Source: Callorhinchus milii
Taxonomy: Eukaryota
Reading direction: 5' to 3'
NCBI RefSeq assembly: GCF_018977255.1
Contig: NW_024704742.1
Span: 45,510,001 to 45,574,000 of the forward strand
Length of the DNA: 64,000 nt
The position numbers and the translations under genes were made by a program. The number at the start of each line of letters is the position of its first letter. Positions within the stretch are counted from its first letter, which is position 1. This document shows, piece by piece, positions 40,225 to 52,700 of the stretch. The notes below the pieces were generated by a model. The model was not told where the DNA came from and did no database searches. It saw only the letters and a list, made by a program, of their open reading frames with translations.

Positions 40225-40562
40225 TAGGCTGACACTCCAATGCAGACTTGGAAGGTGGGTCCTATATTGTTGAAGGTGCCGTCCTTCGGATGAAATATTA
40301 ATGCAAGGTACCATCAGGTAGACTGTTCAGGTGGACATTAAGAAATCCCATGACACTACTCGAAAAGAGAAGGGAGTTTCTCCCAGGATCCTAGTCAACA
40401 AATTGAGCCATTAACTTTGTCAGTTTGTTGGATATTGCTATGCCTAAATTGATTGCCGTGTTCATGTACAAAATACACAATCATTGCACTTATAAATCCT
40501 GTGAAGTGCTTTGAGATGTCTTTCTGACATCAAAGGCAACATATAAAATGCAACGATTATTA
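40225..40562 (+). mobile_element. Deu-domain SINE
   Basis: ggtgccgtccttcggatgaa...ttcaggtggacattaagaaatcccatgacactactcgaaaagag. Confidence 0.75.
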
Positions 40563-40746
40563 ATTCATATGATGGTTTATGTATGGAATGATGGAATTAT
40601 TTGGACCCAATAATTTTGAAACAATCATAAGATTGTATATGCTTTGGCAATGTTAATGAATCTCAAAAATCAGACATATGTGATAGTTCTGGTCAGAATT
40701 ATAGAAACTGTATCACTGAAGGAAGCTATCTACTTCTTAAAACGCT

Positions 40747-41110
40747 GTGGAGTCCTGTTACTTAGTGGTTAGAGCACTCGCCTCGCAAGCGAGAGGACCA
40801 GGGTTTGATTCTTGAATAGGGCAAGTTTCCTTATTCCACATGTCTCCGTTTACCTAGCAGAAATAGGAACCTGGTTGTTGGTCGATTGGCAAATTGCTTT
40901 TCCGGGGGTAAATCCCTTCAAAAAAATAAAAATAATAATTTGGTCACTAAATCCACGACTGTATGTGGAACATTGCTGTGTGCAATTGATTGCTGCATTT
41001 CACCCACAAAATATACAGTCAATGCACTTTACATCATATTCTGTGAAGCGCTTTGCGACATTTCAAAGACATGATAATGTGCTATATCAAATGCAAGGAT
41101 TATTATTATT
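40747..41110 (+). mobile_element. tRNA-derived SINE, long subfamily, ~350 bp upstream of the exon acceptor
   Basis: gtggagtcctgttacttagtggttagagc...caaatgcaaggattattattatt. Confidence 0.85.
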
Positions 41111-41458
41111 GCTACGTATACCAGCTCATCCCCCAGAGCGTTATACTCTAATATCAATTCCTAGCTCAGTTCTTGTAAGCTTTATTTTGTTTCTCTTCAA
41201 ATATTTATCCAAAATAAGGTTCCATATTTTATTGCAAGAATTTCAAGTATCAATATTTGAAATTCAAATGATTCCACAAGAGTTGAGTGAAGTGAAAATT
41301 CAAGGCCTTAAGGGGATCTCAATTTTTTTTCATATAAGTTGTGCCCTCATGGACAGGGAAGGATCTATAGGGATAATATTTCCATTTAAACTTGTATTTG
41401 ATACATTGATGAATTATGCATCAGTCAAGGTGCTAACTTTAATTTATTTTCTCCTCAG

Positions 41459-41838
41459 ATTCAAGGCCTTTGCCTGATGTCGCCTTGACAGGGAAATGTA
41501 CGCGGGAATGTGATGAATTTGGCCATTCTGACTCCTGTTGGATGCCAGTGCGCACCTCGCCTGAGAGACGAAAAAAGAATCAACCCAAGCTCTCCACATT
41601 CATGCCTGTCACTGAGCGAGGCAGCCAGGAGAAACTGGCTAATGGTACCCCTCAGATTATAGGCGATCGCAACCGCAACCTCCTTAACAAGAGGCTGACT
41701 TCATCATATGAGACCTTCAACACAGCTAGCTTTCCTAAAAATGAGGATGCCAACCCTGAAGATATTCCTCTGACACAGACAACAGATTTCAAGCCATCCT
41801 CTGTCTCTCAACTCACAAGACGAGAGGTTTATCTGTGA
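41459..41838 (+). CDS. PCDH7: Terminal coding exon of a delta-1 protocadherin (PCDH7-like long isoform cytoplasmic tail)
   Basis: Acceptor ttattttctcctcag|AT (phase 1) gives (D)[49 protein letters not shown]...[16 protein letters not shown]...TRREVYL*. It contains the delta-protocadherin CM2 motif (CTxECxxxGHSDxCWMP). It matches the recalled PCDH7 C-terminus much better than PCDH1. Confidence 0.9.
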
Positions 41839-42517
41839 GGAAGCTCATTCAGTGATCATTTAAAATTGCAGCAAATTAGGTACACAAGTCAAAGGGGAAA
41901 ATTATAACATCAGTCAGGACATCGATAAAAGGGGGCTGCCAAAGAGATATATCAATGTCTGCTGTTCCTATCTCCTCATCTGGTATTTGACCATATGCCT
42001 GACAGTTCTGTAAATTGTAGTAATAATTTCAGCTAGCCAGTTACATGCATGCTCTCTCTACTTGCCCTGCCCTCCTCCCCCCTCCCCACACACAAAGCCA
42101 CATAATGAATTTTATAAATTAATAGGTTGCAAATGTATATAAGGGGGAAATGTAATCAAAGGATCACAGCAGAAGAGTAGTACAGCATCAACGTCTATTA
42201 TCAAATGTTACTGTCTCATTGTTTTGAAGCATGATTTCAATTCCAGGGTGTGGATTGCCATGTGTTTTGTGAAACTTTCACTGAAAAACTAATGCTTGAT
42301 TTGGATGATGGGCCAGTGTAGAATTTTCGAATGTAGTACAAGACGAATGCATTCAGATGGGGAGGGGGGAGGGGGGAGGGAAGATACTCCTGTTATCATT
42401 TGGTGAACTACTGCTGCTTCAAGTACAGTACTTTGATGTGTATATTTAAAGTATGTTTTGTTTCTGGCATCTTATAAGCCTTTTGGAGACGTTGCTGAAA
42501 CAAAGTGAAAGACATAG

Positions 42518-42753
42518 GGAATGTGGATATCCAGTTTCTGTGTTGAATGCTAACATTACAGATAGACCTGGGTGAAAGGCACCGAGGAAATCTTGTACAC
42601 ATCTGGAAAGAGAAAATAAAGAGAAACAAAATGGAAAATGCAGGAATGTGGATTTCCTATTTCTGTGTTGAATGCTGACATTATTGGTCTACCTGGGCCA
42701 AAGGGACCGAGGAAATGTTGTACCCATCTGGAAAGAGAAAATAAAGACAAAAC
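42518..42753. repeat. Diverged tandem duplication with a 125-bp period (about 1.9 copies)
   Basis: ggaatgtgga at 42518 and 42643; shared tttctgtgttgaatgct, accgaggaaat and catctggaaagagaaaataaaga. Confidence 0.9.
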
Positions 42754-43970
42754 TACAGCAACTGTCCCCTTTGTATAAGAAATACAAATCGGGCTCATCC
42801 AATATCACTATTGCATTGCTGAAGACATCAGGACATAAACAGTCATAGATGCAGAGACTGAATTATGGGGCTTGTACAAGGAGCAATTGATACATTTATC
42901 AGGGACATCACTCTTTGAACCTGAACTCAAATGTAGCTGATCTGCAAACTAAGGACTGTTTAGTAAGTGAATACGAGTTCAAAATGATGTACTTCAGAAG
43001 ACCTGCTGTATTATGTTGCTCTTGGGTTGTACAGTGAATGCAACACAATGCCAATTACAGACAATATAAATGTCATGGTTTAGTTTGACTTCTGCAAAAT
43101 AAGCAAGCACTGTAATACTGGACATTTGATGGAAACCCTGTGGTTGTATCCTGGTTAAATAACAGACCCATGCAAGCTCTTGTTCTCATCATTCAGGAGG
43201 TAATTCTATACTCATAAAAAATATAGAATATGCCAGCCTAAATATCTTATTACACTATTATATTAGTGTGGATATATTTAAGAATTATAATTTGCTCAGG
43301 AAGGACAGTATTCTTTGGAAGACTCCTCTGTATTACATTTCTGGTATCGAACACATGCTGGAAGATTTCAGTGGGCAAGCATGTTCTAAGTTTACCTCAG
43401 CTGCAGCATTGATTAGGTCATTATCACAAGGACTGTTATAGCACATATTGATGGTTCGTATAATTTCTGTACTTCACTGAAATTATTTAGCTATTTCAAT
43501 GGCATCGAAGTTTTAACAGACAAGAATACCGTACAGTTAAGACAAGCTGGAGCCCAGACTGTGAATCTGGACTTGAGATTCTTAGACCTTGGGCACTAAG
43601 AGAATGAACTGAAGTGACACTGATTTGACTTAAATATATATTCCATGGGGTAAGAATGCTTAAGAACCAACACTATCCTGAAAGGTCAGCAGCATATCAT
43701 CTAGTCTGTTTGGAGATCAGCAGTTCAATAAGATACACCAAACTAAAGTGAACGCTTTTTGCTTAATCACAAAGTTGTTATTTAAAGAAAGGAAGGAGAG
43801 ATGAAAACCAAAGTTCAAAGATGTGAACTTCAAAGTGGCATGCAAGACAAAACCTGATGTTGCTTTGGTAAAGTTTGGACAAAGTACAGCTTTTGGTAGA
43901 ATACAATGCTTTTCATAATATGCATAGACTTATTTAAAGTTGTAGCAGCTTGAATATTGGTCAATTAATC

Positions 43971-43976
43971 AATAAA
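43971..43976 (+). promoter_or_regulatory. Candidate polyadenylation signal
   Basis: AATAAA followed by tacttgttgcaccctttgc...tgtctttcactgtttt. Confidence 0.35.
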
Positions 43977-44714
43977 TACTTGTTGCACCCTTTGCTTACC
44001 TGGTACCTGATGTCTTTCACTGTTTTACTGTATCTTTTTCCGTGATGTTTCGGCCGCGGATAGGAATATTTCTTATGATACTTGGCACTTGAATGATCTG
44101 ATGTAATCCTGTGTAATCATGGTACAATTGTGTCAAAACAGTGGAGGCTATGATATAAATACTGTACAATGCAAGTCCAGATATTGGTATAGTCAATAAT
44201 GGATCAGATATTGTTCTATATTATTATTTGAATGTTCCAATACCTGTGTCACTTCTATTTAACAGTGAGGTACAAGACTTCTTAACAGTGCCGGTTATGT
44301 ACATACAGAAAGTATTTGTTGTCAATGGTTGTTCCCGTAAATTACAGATATATACATATGTATTTTTATTGCACGTTACAAAAACAAAATAGCATTCACT
44401 AAATGTAAAGTTAATTTCTTTAATGCTAGTGACTGTAGCTTATTTTCTTTAACTGTGAATCTGAAGCTAATTGGTTCACTTACATTTCTAGCCCCTTTTT
44501 ATAGGAAGTTTAGCTCTATTTTCCCAGACAACTAAACCAACCCTTGTTAACTGATTAATTCATTAACAAATAATGTAGCCTCTCATTACACACAGCATTT
44601 GAAATGAACATGCATCTATACAGAGTGGAATTCTCTCCACAGTAATAACTTCCACATACATTTGACATGAAAAGTGAAAAAAAAATGAAAAGGACTCATG
44701 AGTAATCCTGGTTT

Positions 44715-45105
44715 ATGGATTAGGTGCAGGTAGAGTCAAACAGCTCATAGTCCAGGCTGACAATCCAAAACAGTGCTGGGAGGGCACCACATTGTCGGAG
44801 GTGTTGCCTTCAACTAAAACATTAAACTGAGGTCCCGTCTGCCTTTTTAGGCGGACATTAAAGATCCCATGATTCTATTTGTAAAAAGGAGAGAGTTTCT
44901 TCTGGTGTTATGACCAATAATCCCCTCAATAAAAAAAGGTTGTTCACTTCATGGCTATTGATGGAACATCGCTGAATGAAAGTTGGCTGCCACATTTATG
45001 TGCAAAATACAGTAACTACACTTTACAGAAAATTCTGTGAAGTGTTTGAGAACTTTCAGTATGATAAGGTGCCATATTAAGTGCAAGAATTATTATTATT
45101 AATAA
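44715..45105 (+). mobile_element. Deu-domain SINE
   Basis: cattgtcggaggtg...ggcggacattaaagatcccatg...gcaagaattattattatt. Confidence 0.75.
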
Positions 45106-46109
45106 TAAACAATGTTTCAAAAAAGTTTTCCAGGTTTGTTGTGGCATGATGCTGGATTGAACATCTTACTTAAATATTTTATTTGAATTTTGATATAACC
45201 TATTGACATAATTTGCTGCATTGTATTTAGAGTGCTCAAATAAACAGAATGAATGCAAACTATGAAACTGTGCCTTTATACCTAGTGGTATAAATAACAT
45301 TTGATCTGTTACTGGGGAGAAACCTGAGGTAACATTACAAATTGATGCCAGGCAGATTTGTGTTGTCATTAGCCCTGTATTTGGATTTTCAATAAAATAT
45401 AAAGACTATGATATAGAAAATTTAATATTTTCTTATATCAGATTCAAGGCCATATGAAAAGAAAGTTATGCAAATAGAGTGAAATTGGGATGGCGGATAA
45501 TTTATTTTTCCTCCTGGTCCATAGTGTCATTTTAGTGCTTAGATCGAAAGTACCTGTACATTAAAATGGACAATTGCCTTTTTCTAATTGGTAAAATGTC
45601 AATATCGATTTCAAAATGTTTTGAATTTGATTAAATATTGTATGTCTACATATGAAAAATCTCATCTGAGATGTGTTTTTATTTGAGTGCAAATGAATGT
45701 ACAAGGATCCCAGTCAGCTGTGAAGCGCTTTAAGATGTCCTTGAGGCATGAAAAGTGCAATGTAAAAATAAATTGTTACTGTTGCTTCTGGCATCCATTT
45801 CTATCCAATAGCCTCATCATATATTGATACCTAAAGCATAAAAGGAAATCCATTTTTGGGGCATGTCTCCGCTGTTTGAGAGAAAGAGTTTAATGAAGGA
45901 AACAAACACATTCTGGTCATGGTTTTAATGTCAAATTACAGAATGAGAAGCAAAATAATTTTGTTTTTGTGGGCAGGGATAATTGGGAAAAGGATGAATG
46001 CAAGAATATTTTCAGGCAAATATATTAATTTAAAAAATTTAGTCAGTTTTGAGGAACATACTGGGTCTAATTTATGGTATTACAATCATTACACTTTACA
46101 GTAAATCCT

Positions 46110-47270
46110 GCAAAGTACTTAAGACTTTCAGGTCCTACCTTTAACACTGCCTCCACTTCGTCTCTGCAAACAGCTTCTCCAGCCCCAGTATCATCTCGTG
46201 CGGCGTTCCTCAGGACTCTGTCCTCGGTCCCCTCCTCTTCATCCTCTACATGCTTCCCCTTGGTGACATCATCCACACGCACCCAACTCTATCTCTGCCT
46301 TCACCCTCAACTCCAAGACTACTGGTGTCCTGACTAACTGCCCGTCCGACATCAAGTCCTGGAAGAGGGACAACTTTCTCCAACTGAACGTCAGCAAGAC
46401 CGAGGCCCTCCTGATTGGCTCGCGTTAGGGCCTCCGCAACTCAGGAGCAGGCAGCATCAGCCTCCATGGCTGCACACTCATCCTCACTAAGCCAGTCAGG
46501 ATTCTGGGTGTCTTGTTTAACCCTGAACTGTCCTTTCTCCCCCACATCCGCGCGATGACCGGTACAGCCTACCACCACCTCCGCAACATTGCCAGACTCC
46601 GCCACTGCCTCACCCCTCAAGCTGCTGAAACCCTCACCCGCGGATCAATGCTCGATTATGGAAACTCCCTCCTCATCGCCCTTCCCAACTCTTCCCTTCA
46701 CAAGCTGCAGATCATCCAAAATTCTGCAGCTCGTGTACTCTTGCGTACCAAGCTCCGTGACCCCATCGCTCCCACCCTCGCCTGACTCCACTGGCTTCCC
46801 ATCCCTCAGAGGATTGAATTCAAGATCCTCATCCACTCTTTCAAGGCCAACCATGGCCTTGCCCCCTCCTACCTCTCTGACCTGCTGACTCCCTACCAAC
46901 CTGCCCGCTCCCTCCGTTCAGCGGGCTCCAGCCTGCTCCATGTCTCCTGCACAACCCGCCCTACCATCAGTGGCTGGGCTTTCAGCCTTTCTACCCCCAC
47001 ACTCTGGAACTCCATCACACGGTCTCTTCGCCTCGCTTCCTCCCTTGCATCCTTCCAGGCCGGTCTCAAGACCTTCCTCTTCGATTGTGCTTTCGGTCGC
47101 TCTCCCACCTCTCTGCCTTCCCTCACCCCTACCCCATGCTCAGGTCCTGACCCCTGACTGTCCAGCACCTTGGGATATCCTCCTGATGTGAAAAGCGCTG
47201 TATAAATGTAATGTTGTTATTGTTGTTGTTCCTGACGTGAAACATGCTATCGTATAGTACAAGGATTATT
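46110..47270 (+). mobile_element. L2-clade LINE, 5'-truncated (RT C-terminal half plus 3' UTR), non-functional
   Basis: [78 protein letters not shown]; (TTG)n tail. The YADD segment is deleted. Confidence 0.9.
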
Positions 47271-47595
47271 TATTCTTTGAATTCTTTAATAAGGAATCTT
47301 TCATAATATGAACCCAGTTCCTGTCAGTGGGCATGAATTCTGATCTAGAAGTAAATTCCATTAGTCCCGAGTTCCCTCAGGTTAGCATGATGTACTGCTA
47401 GTTTTCAGACGTCATACCCTGATCCTTCATTAAGGAAATATTGCATTTTAGACTCCCGTATTGTTTGCACCATATTACATTGTGTCTTCACAGCACTCTT
47501 TCCCAATGGAGCTTTCAATACATGTGAGTCTGCATTGATACCCATTCTGATTTATTTTTTAAAATTCAGGTCATTTTTCTTTCTTACTTGCGTTC

Positions 47596-47970
47596 AGCAG
47601 GTTGAGGGGGTGATCTGATTGAGTTTTTTTTAAATAATAAAGGGATTCAATAGGGTAGATTCAGAAGAACTATTTCCTCTGATAGGGGAATCCAGAACAA
47701 TGGGACATAATCTTAAAATTGGAGCTAAACCATTTAGGAGTGAATGCAGAGGCAGTTTTTCTCCCAAAGGGTAGTGGAAATCTAGAGCTCTTTCACCCAA
47801 AGGCTGTGGATGCTAGATCCATTCATATCTTCAAGACTGAGGTCATTCGGCGGGATATCAAGGAATATGGGGTAAGGGTGGATAATTGGAGTTGAAGTAC
47901 AGATGAGCCATGATCTTATACAATGGCGGAACAGGCTCGAGGGGCTGAATGGCCTACTTCTGTTTCTATG
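47596..47970 (+). mobile_element. CR1 LINE 3' end
   Basis: aggttgagggggtgatctgattgag...ggctcgaggggctgaatggcctacttctgtttctatg. Confidence 0.85.
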
Positions 47971-49081
47971 TTTGTTTGTTTGCTTGTTTCTTTCTTTCTC
48001 TGTTTCTCTCTTTAACCTGTCACTGGAGACAGTGTGCAAAAAACATACAAATGCATTTTTAATTAAGATTAAAATTATCAGATCAGAAAATATTTGCAGT
48101 GGATCCTGCCATGAATGCTCTAATATTACTTGGGAGACTATACATATTAAAGTAGTGTGTTGCCCAGGATAACAATCAAAAGGACATAGGCTGTGCTTAC
48201 AGTCCAAATTTTGCATTCAATGTATTTCTAACCTGTTTCAAATAACAGACACTTTGAGATGTTTTGAAGACGTGATAAGGCACTATATCAAATGCAATAC
48301 ATTGCAATTTAATTTGGCACTCTGTAGGTTTTTTCTTATAAAATACTGTTGGGAATGATAATGGGATATTCGGAACAGGATTGGCAAATAGCAGCTCCTG
48401 CCAGTGCATCACACAGACCTGTGGTAACTCCACTCTGGGCATTCATTTTGTGATGCACCTCCATTTATTGGCAGGATTTAGTTTTTGGGACCTCCATTAC
48501 CAGAATTGCATTTTTGTCTCCATTCCATATTATCCACAACTTCACCAACAACATGTTGGATGCAATTTCTAGAAATGTCTATTTATTTTTGAGACAAATT
48601 GTGATCTTTTTTCTTTCCTCCTGCCATTCAGCCAAACATTGCACATCCTGTAATTAGAACCTTTTAAGAGTAGAGGAAGCAACCCGTGAAACAAGTCTCT
48701 AATTACCCTGAATTAAACTTTCGAAGTTTTTTTAAGAGAATGGTGTTCAGCAAGAAAATGTTCTGTGAAATCTTGACATTCCTTCGCTACTCCTCCACCT
48801 CCGGGATATTTATATTGTTGATTTACAGAGTACCGTTTAGAAGTCTGCTAATGCGGTAGATAATTTGCTGTCATTGCTGCATGTTGCAGATGAAAATGTA
48901 ATGCATGAAAGGTTAAAGCTCATTTTTGTGTTGCAACAAAACACTTTCATTTTTCTCTGCCACTTAGTAATGAACAAATGTAAACCCGATTCAGTGAATA
49001 CATTTTTGTTTACACAACTCATTCATAGCATTCCAGAGGATGTTGCCCAATCCCCTTATGAACCAAATAAGGCATGCTTTT

Positions 49082-49175
49082 AAATAATAATAATCCTTGC
49101 ATTTGATAGAGTGTATTTTCACTTCTAGATGTCTCAAAGCACTTCACAGAATATACTGTAAAATGAATTGACTGT
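49082..49175 (-). mobile_element. SINE 3' fragment (a plus-strand tail fragment also lies at 48225-48297)
   Basis: aataataatccttgcatttgatag...ctcaaagcacttcacagaatatactgt. Confidence 0.75.
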
Positions 49176-50874
49176 TGACTCTTTCTGCACAACTCTGTTT
49201 CCATATTAAGGAATCCTATAAATTAACCCCCACGTGTACAAAGAGATTTTTTTTTGATCACCCATGCATCTGACAGATTGGAACCTATCACCATGCTTCA
49301 GATTATCCAAACCAAAATGAAAATTTCTTGTATCCCATCTACACATGGCAATTCCCATGTATTAGAATGGAATGCACACTCTCTCCTTTCCTGGAGGGTC
49401 GCTACCCGTTTCCCTAATTCTTTGAGAAAGTTAGGAAGACTAAAGCTTGGGGATCGGAGAGTGTATATTGGGGTACTACTGGAATTTAACCAGCTAAACT
49501 GAATAGCTTGTTAATTAAAGCACTGTATGGCAAGCTGCTTGTCCATCTTGGACCACCCTTCCCATTTGGGTTGCAGGGGAAACAAGAGCTGAGCAGGAAG
49601 AATCCTTGCAGACAGTAGGGAATATTTAGAAACACAGAGTAATTAACAATGGAAAGGTAATTAACAGACAGAATGGGTTACCATGATAAACAATTTGACA
49701 CTGGCATGGAAAAACACAATAGTTTAGTAAAAAATTGACTTTAAATGTCTCTCAAGCTTCCTGAAATTGTCTCAATTGGAGTTAAATTTAAATTGTTTTT
49801 GCTTCATTAAGCAGATCACAGCAATAACATACAAATCATTTTCAAAATGTAATACTTTGATATTGATCTTCACAGAAAAATCAGTTATCGATCGGAAAGA
49901 ATATTGGCAGCACAGGAAAACTGCAAGCACAGAAGAAGCTGAAAAGTATAATCAATTAGTTAAGATCAAGTAACACAATGAGGAATATTTGCTGCTTACA
50001 AGAACGTATGGTGAGATTTTTCGTGTAATTTTAGAACACATTTTTTTAATGTGCAGCCATGAAATGTGGGTGTCAGCTGGCTTAGTCAGTACCACTCTCA
50101 CCTCTTGAGTCAGCAAGGGTTAATTCTGCTTCACTTGCTAAGTGTAACACTTTGTTAACATTCGGAAATCAGTTTTGTTCTCTTAAATAGCAAATACAGT
50201 GTAATTAAATCATAAGCATAAAATACATCAAACAGTCAATGAGTGAATGTGCCATATGAACAACACATCTGGTTTGGTGGTGACTATCTTCCTTGGGAGA
50301 GAGCAAAGCGGGGTCTCTTTGGAACTGAGTTAGCTCCAAGGTGCCAATCCTGGTAATGTAAATTAAGAATTCAGTTGATACTCTGTGACAGTACTGTAGT
50401 CTGGTTCCTGAGCCAGGCAGGTTTGCAGTACTCAAAGGCATTGTTGATGACAGACCAAGCCAGCTTGGCTTGTCAGCAGGACTTGGATGTGCACACTGTT
50501 CCCACTAGGCTCCTGTTAACCCTGCAAGTCAAAGCCACAGTGAATAAGATGGCCTTAGTTGCACAAACAGCAGGAAGTTTTCTTGTGTAAGATGCATGGC
50601 TTCAGCTGGTACAACTTGAATAGTACACCAATTGTACTCTGGGGTCCTGAAGCCTTGCCAACCTGTGATTAAACTGTCCAAGATGTACCCTTCCAAGGAG
50701 ACAGTGAAAATACCATATTTGCCAAACACAAATCTATACATATTTGGAAATAGCAGTACTTAACAGACTCTTATGTATAGTAATGGGTTTCTGTGTGTCA
50801 GACACTCAGCTGACAAAAAAAATTAGTTGTGATGCACCTATTTTTGAATAATCCTCCAACATTCATTGTTCAAG

Positions 50875-51460
50875 TAGGGAATCCAGGGGATCTAAATGAG
50901 AATTTAGAAGGAACTACTTCACACAGAGGATAGTGAGAATATGGAACTTATTACTCAAAGTCGTGGTTGAATCAGATAGTAAAGAAAATAATAATAATAA
51001 TCCTTGCATTTGATATAGCGCCTAATCATGCCTTCGAGACGTCTTAAAGTGCTTCACAGAATATACTGTAAAATTAATTGACTGTATATTAACACGGTAG
51101 CTAATTACAAACAGTTGTGGATTGAGTGACCAAATTATTTTTTAACAGATTATTTAACAGAAAAGCAATCCGCCAATCGACTAATAATCGGGTTCCTACT
51201 TACTGCTAGGTAAGCAAAAGCGTGTGGAGTTCGGAAACTTGCCTAATGTCTCACCCCATCTGGGAATCAAACCTAGGTCCACATATGCTACAGGACTCCA
51301 CAAGATGCATTTAAGAGGAAGCTAGATACACATATAAGGGAGAGGGAATAGAAGGGTATGGGAGGGAATAAGGAGTAGGTGGTGACTCATTTGGAGTATA
51401 AACATTGGCAAGGACTAGTTGGACTGAATGGCCTATTTCCGTGCTGTATAATCTGTGTAA
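50875..51460 (+). mobile_element. CR1 3' end interrupted by a minus-strand SINE (50988-51301)
   Basis: ttcacacagaggatagtgagaatatggaac...[SINE]...gatgcatttaagaggaagctagata...ggactgaatggcctatttccgtgctgtat. Confidence 0.8.
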
Positions 51461-51714
51461 GAAGTTGAAGAAGCTCAAATTTGGCAACATAACACAAGTG
51501 CCAGCACCTGTGGAATGGCTCCTCTCAAGAATCATCCCTTCAAGAAAGGATGATAGAAAACTGGGAAGAAAAGCAACAAATAGAGTAGTTGTAAGCAATC
51601 TTCAGTAAAATAAAGATTACAAAAAACGTATCATGAGCTCTTTTACCTGGTCAAAGGACTCCTACTTATTTTGATACCATACTCAGAGGTTAGGTGCTTG
51701 CCTAACTTTTCAAG

Positions 51715-52125
51715 CATGGTTCTCCCACAAAGTAAACACATTCAAACTACAATATATCCTGTGTAGTGATTTGACATGTCTCAAAGACTTGATAAGGAGC
51801 TATATTAAATCAAAGAATATTATTATTAATAATAACTTATAAGTAATTACGAAAACAAATGTTATCTCTAATTTTCTCCCTAACTTCCCAACCTCAAAAA
51901 AGTTACCTCTGTCACCTTGCCTCTGGTCACCTGCCCCCCTACCCAACCTTCTTCAACTTTTCCCACTCAGCTGTGTAAAGCACTTTGAGATGTCCTCACA
52001 ACAACAACAACAACAATTTACATTTGTATGGCAACTTTCAAGTCAGGAGGGCATCCCAAGGTGCTGGAAGGAGCGTGTAAGTAGCTGTGTGAAACTAGCT
52101 ATATAAATTGCATTGTCGTTGTCGA
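51715..52125. mobile_element. Cluster of SINE and L2 tail fragments on both strands
   Basis: gacatgtctcaaagacttgataagg; aaagcactttgagatgtcc; (aac)n-tttacatttgtatggc inserted in the opposite orientation. Confidence 0.55.
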
Positions 52126-52389
52126 TATTGCTCAAGTGAATTCAGCTTATCAGAATGATAAATCGCCAGAGATATTCTTCAGCTGGATTTTGCTTTGTGA
52201 GATCCTGTTTTCATTTCTCAGTAAGCTCTTGAGTTATATTTAAACTTTGCCCTGTAAGCAGGAATGTAATTTGACATCAAGAAGGAATTGGGAGTCTACC
52301 CATCAATCAATAGAGAAGGATGATGAGACATTGGTATTTGCATTGAATTGTTATTGAATGCTGACGCAAAGCTAGGTTGACCTGACGTG

Positions 52390-52700
52390 TAGGAACGTAG
52401 GAATATACAGAACCAGAAAATATCATTACAGTCCAACTGATGGGACCTGAAGTAATAATCATATACTACTCTCTTCCATGCCCTTCAAATGATTTATTTG
52501 TCAAATAGCTATCTAAATCCTTCTTGAATTTGCTGATACAATCTTCCTACACTGCTTGGCTAGTTCATTCCACATACTTGCCACTCTGTGTAAAGCAATT
52601 AACTCTAAAGTGTCCTTTCACCTTCCTTCTTCTGAACTTGAATTCTTGTTCCCATGTTGTTGAGTTTGTGACCACATTAAAACATATTATTTTGGTTTAG
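52390..52700 (-). mobile_element. Decayed CR1 3' end
   Basis: ctatctaaatccttcttgaa...ttcattccacatacttgccactctgtgtaaag. Confidence 0.45.

Larger units (their letters stand above)
1..41458 (+). other. Large last intron of the protocadherin gene (upstream exons lie outside the window)
   Basis: No CM1/CM3 (RRVTF) or cadherin-repeat exon was recognised upstream. The region is repeat-rich. Delta-1 protocadherins are known for very long introns. Confidence 0.7.
41839..44700 (+). other. Probable 3' UTR of the PCDH7-like gene
   Basis: About 2.9 kb with no recognisable retroelement, in an otherwise repeat-dense window. AATAAA at 43971-43976 is followed by a GU/U-rich tract. The true end cannot be fixed from sequence alone. 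Confidence 0.6.

Noticed and set aside
40812..41477. Longest ORF in the track (221 aa)
   Set aside because: It starts inside a SINE, runs through AT-rich intron and overlaps the real exon in a different frame. No protein family is recognisable.
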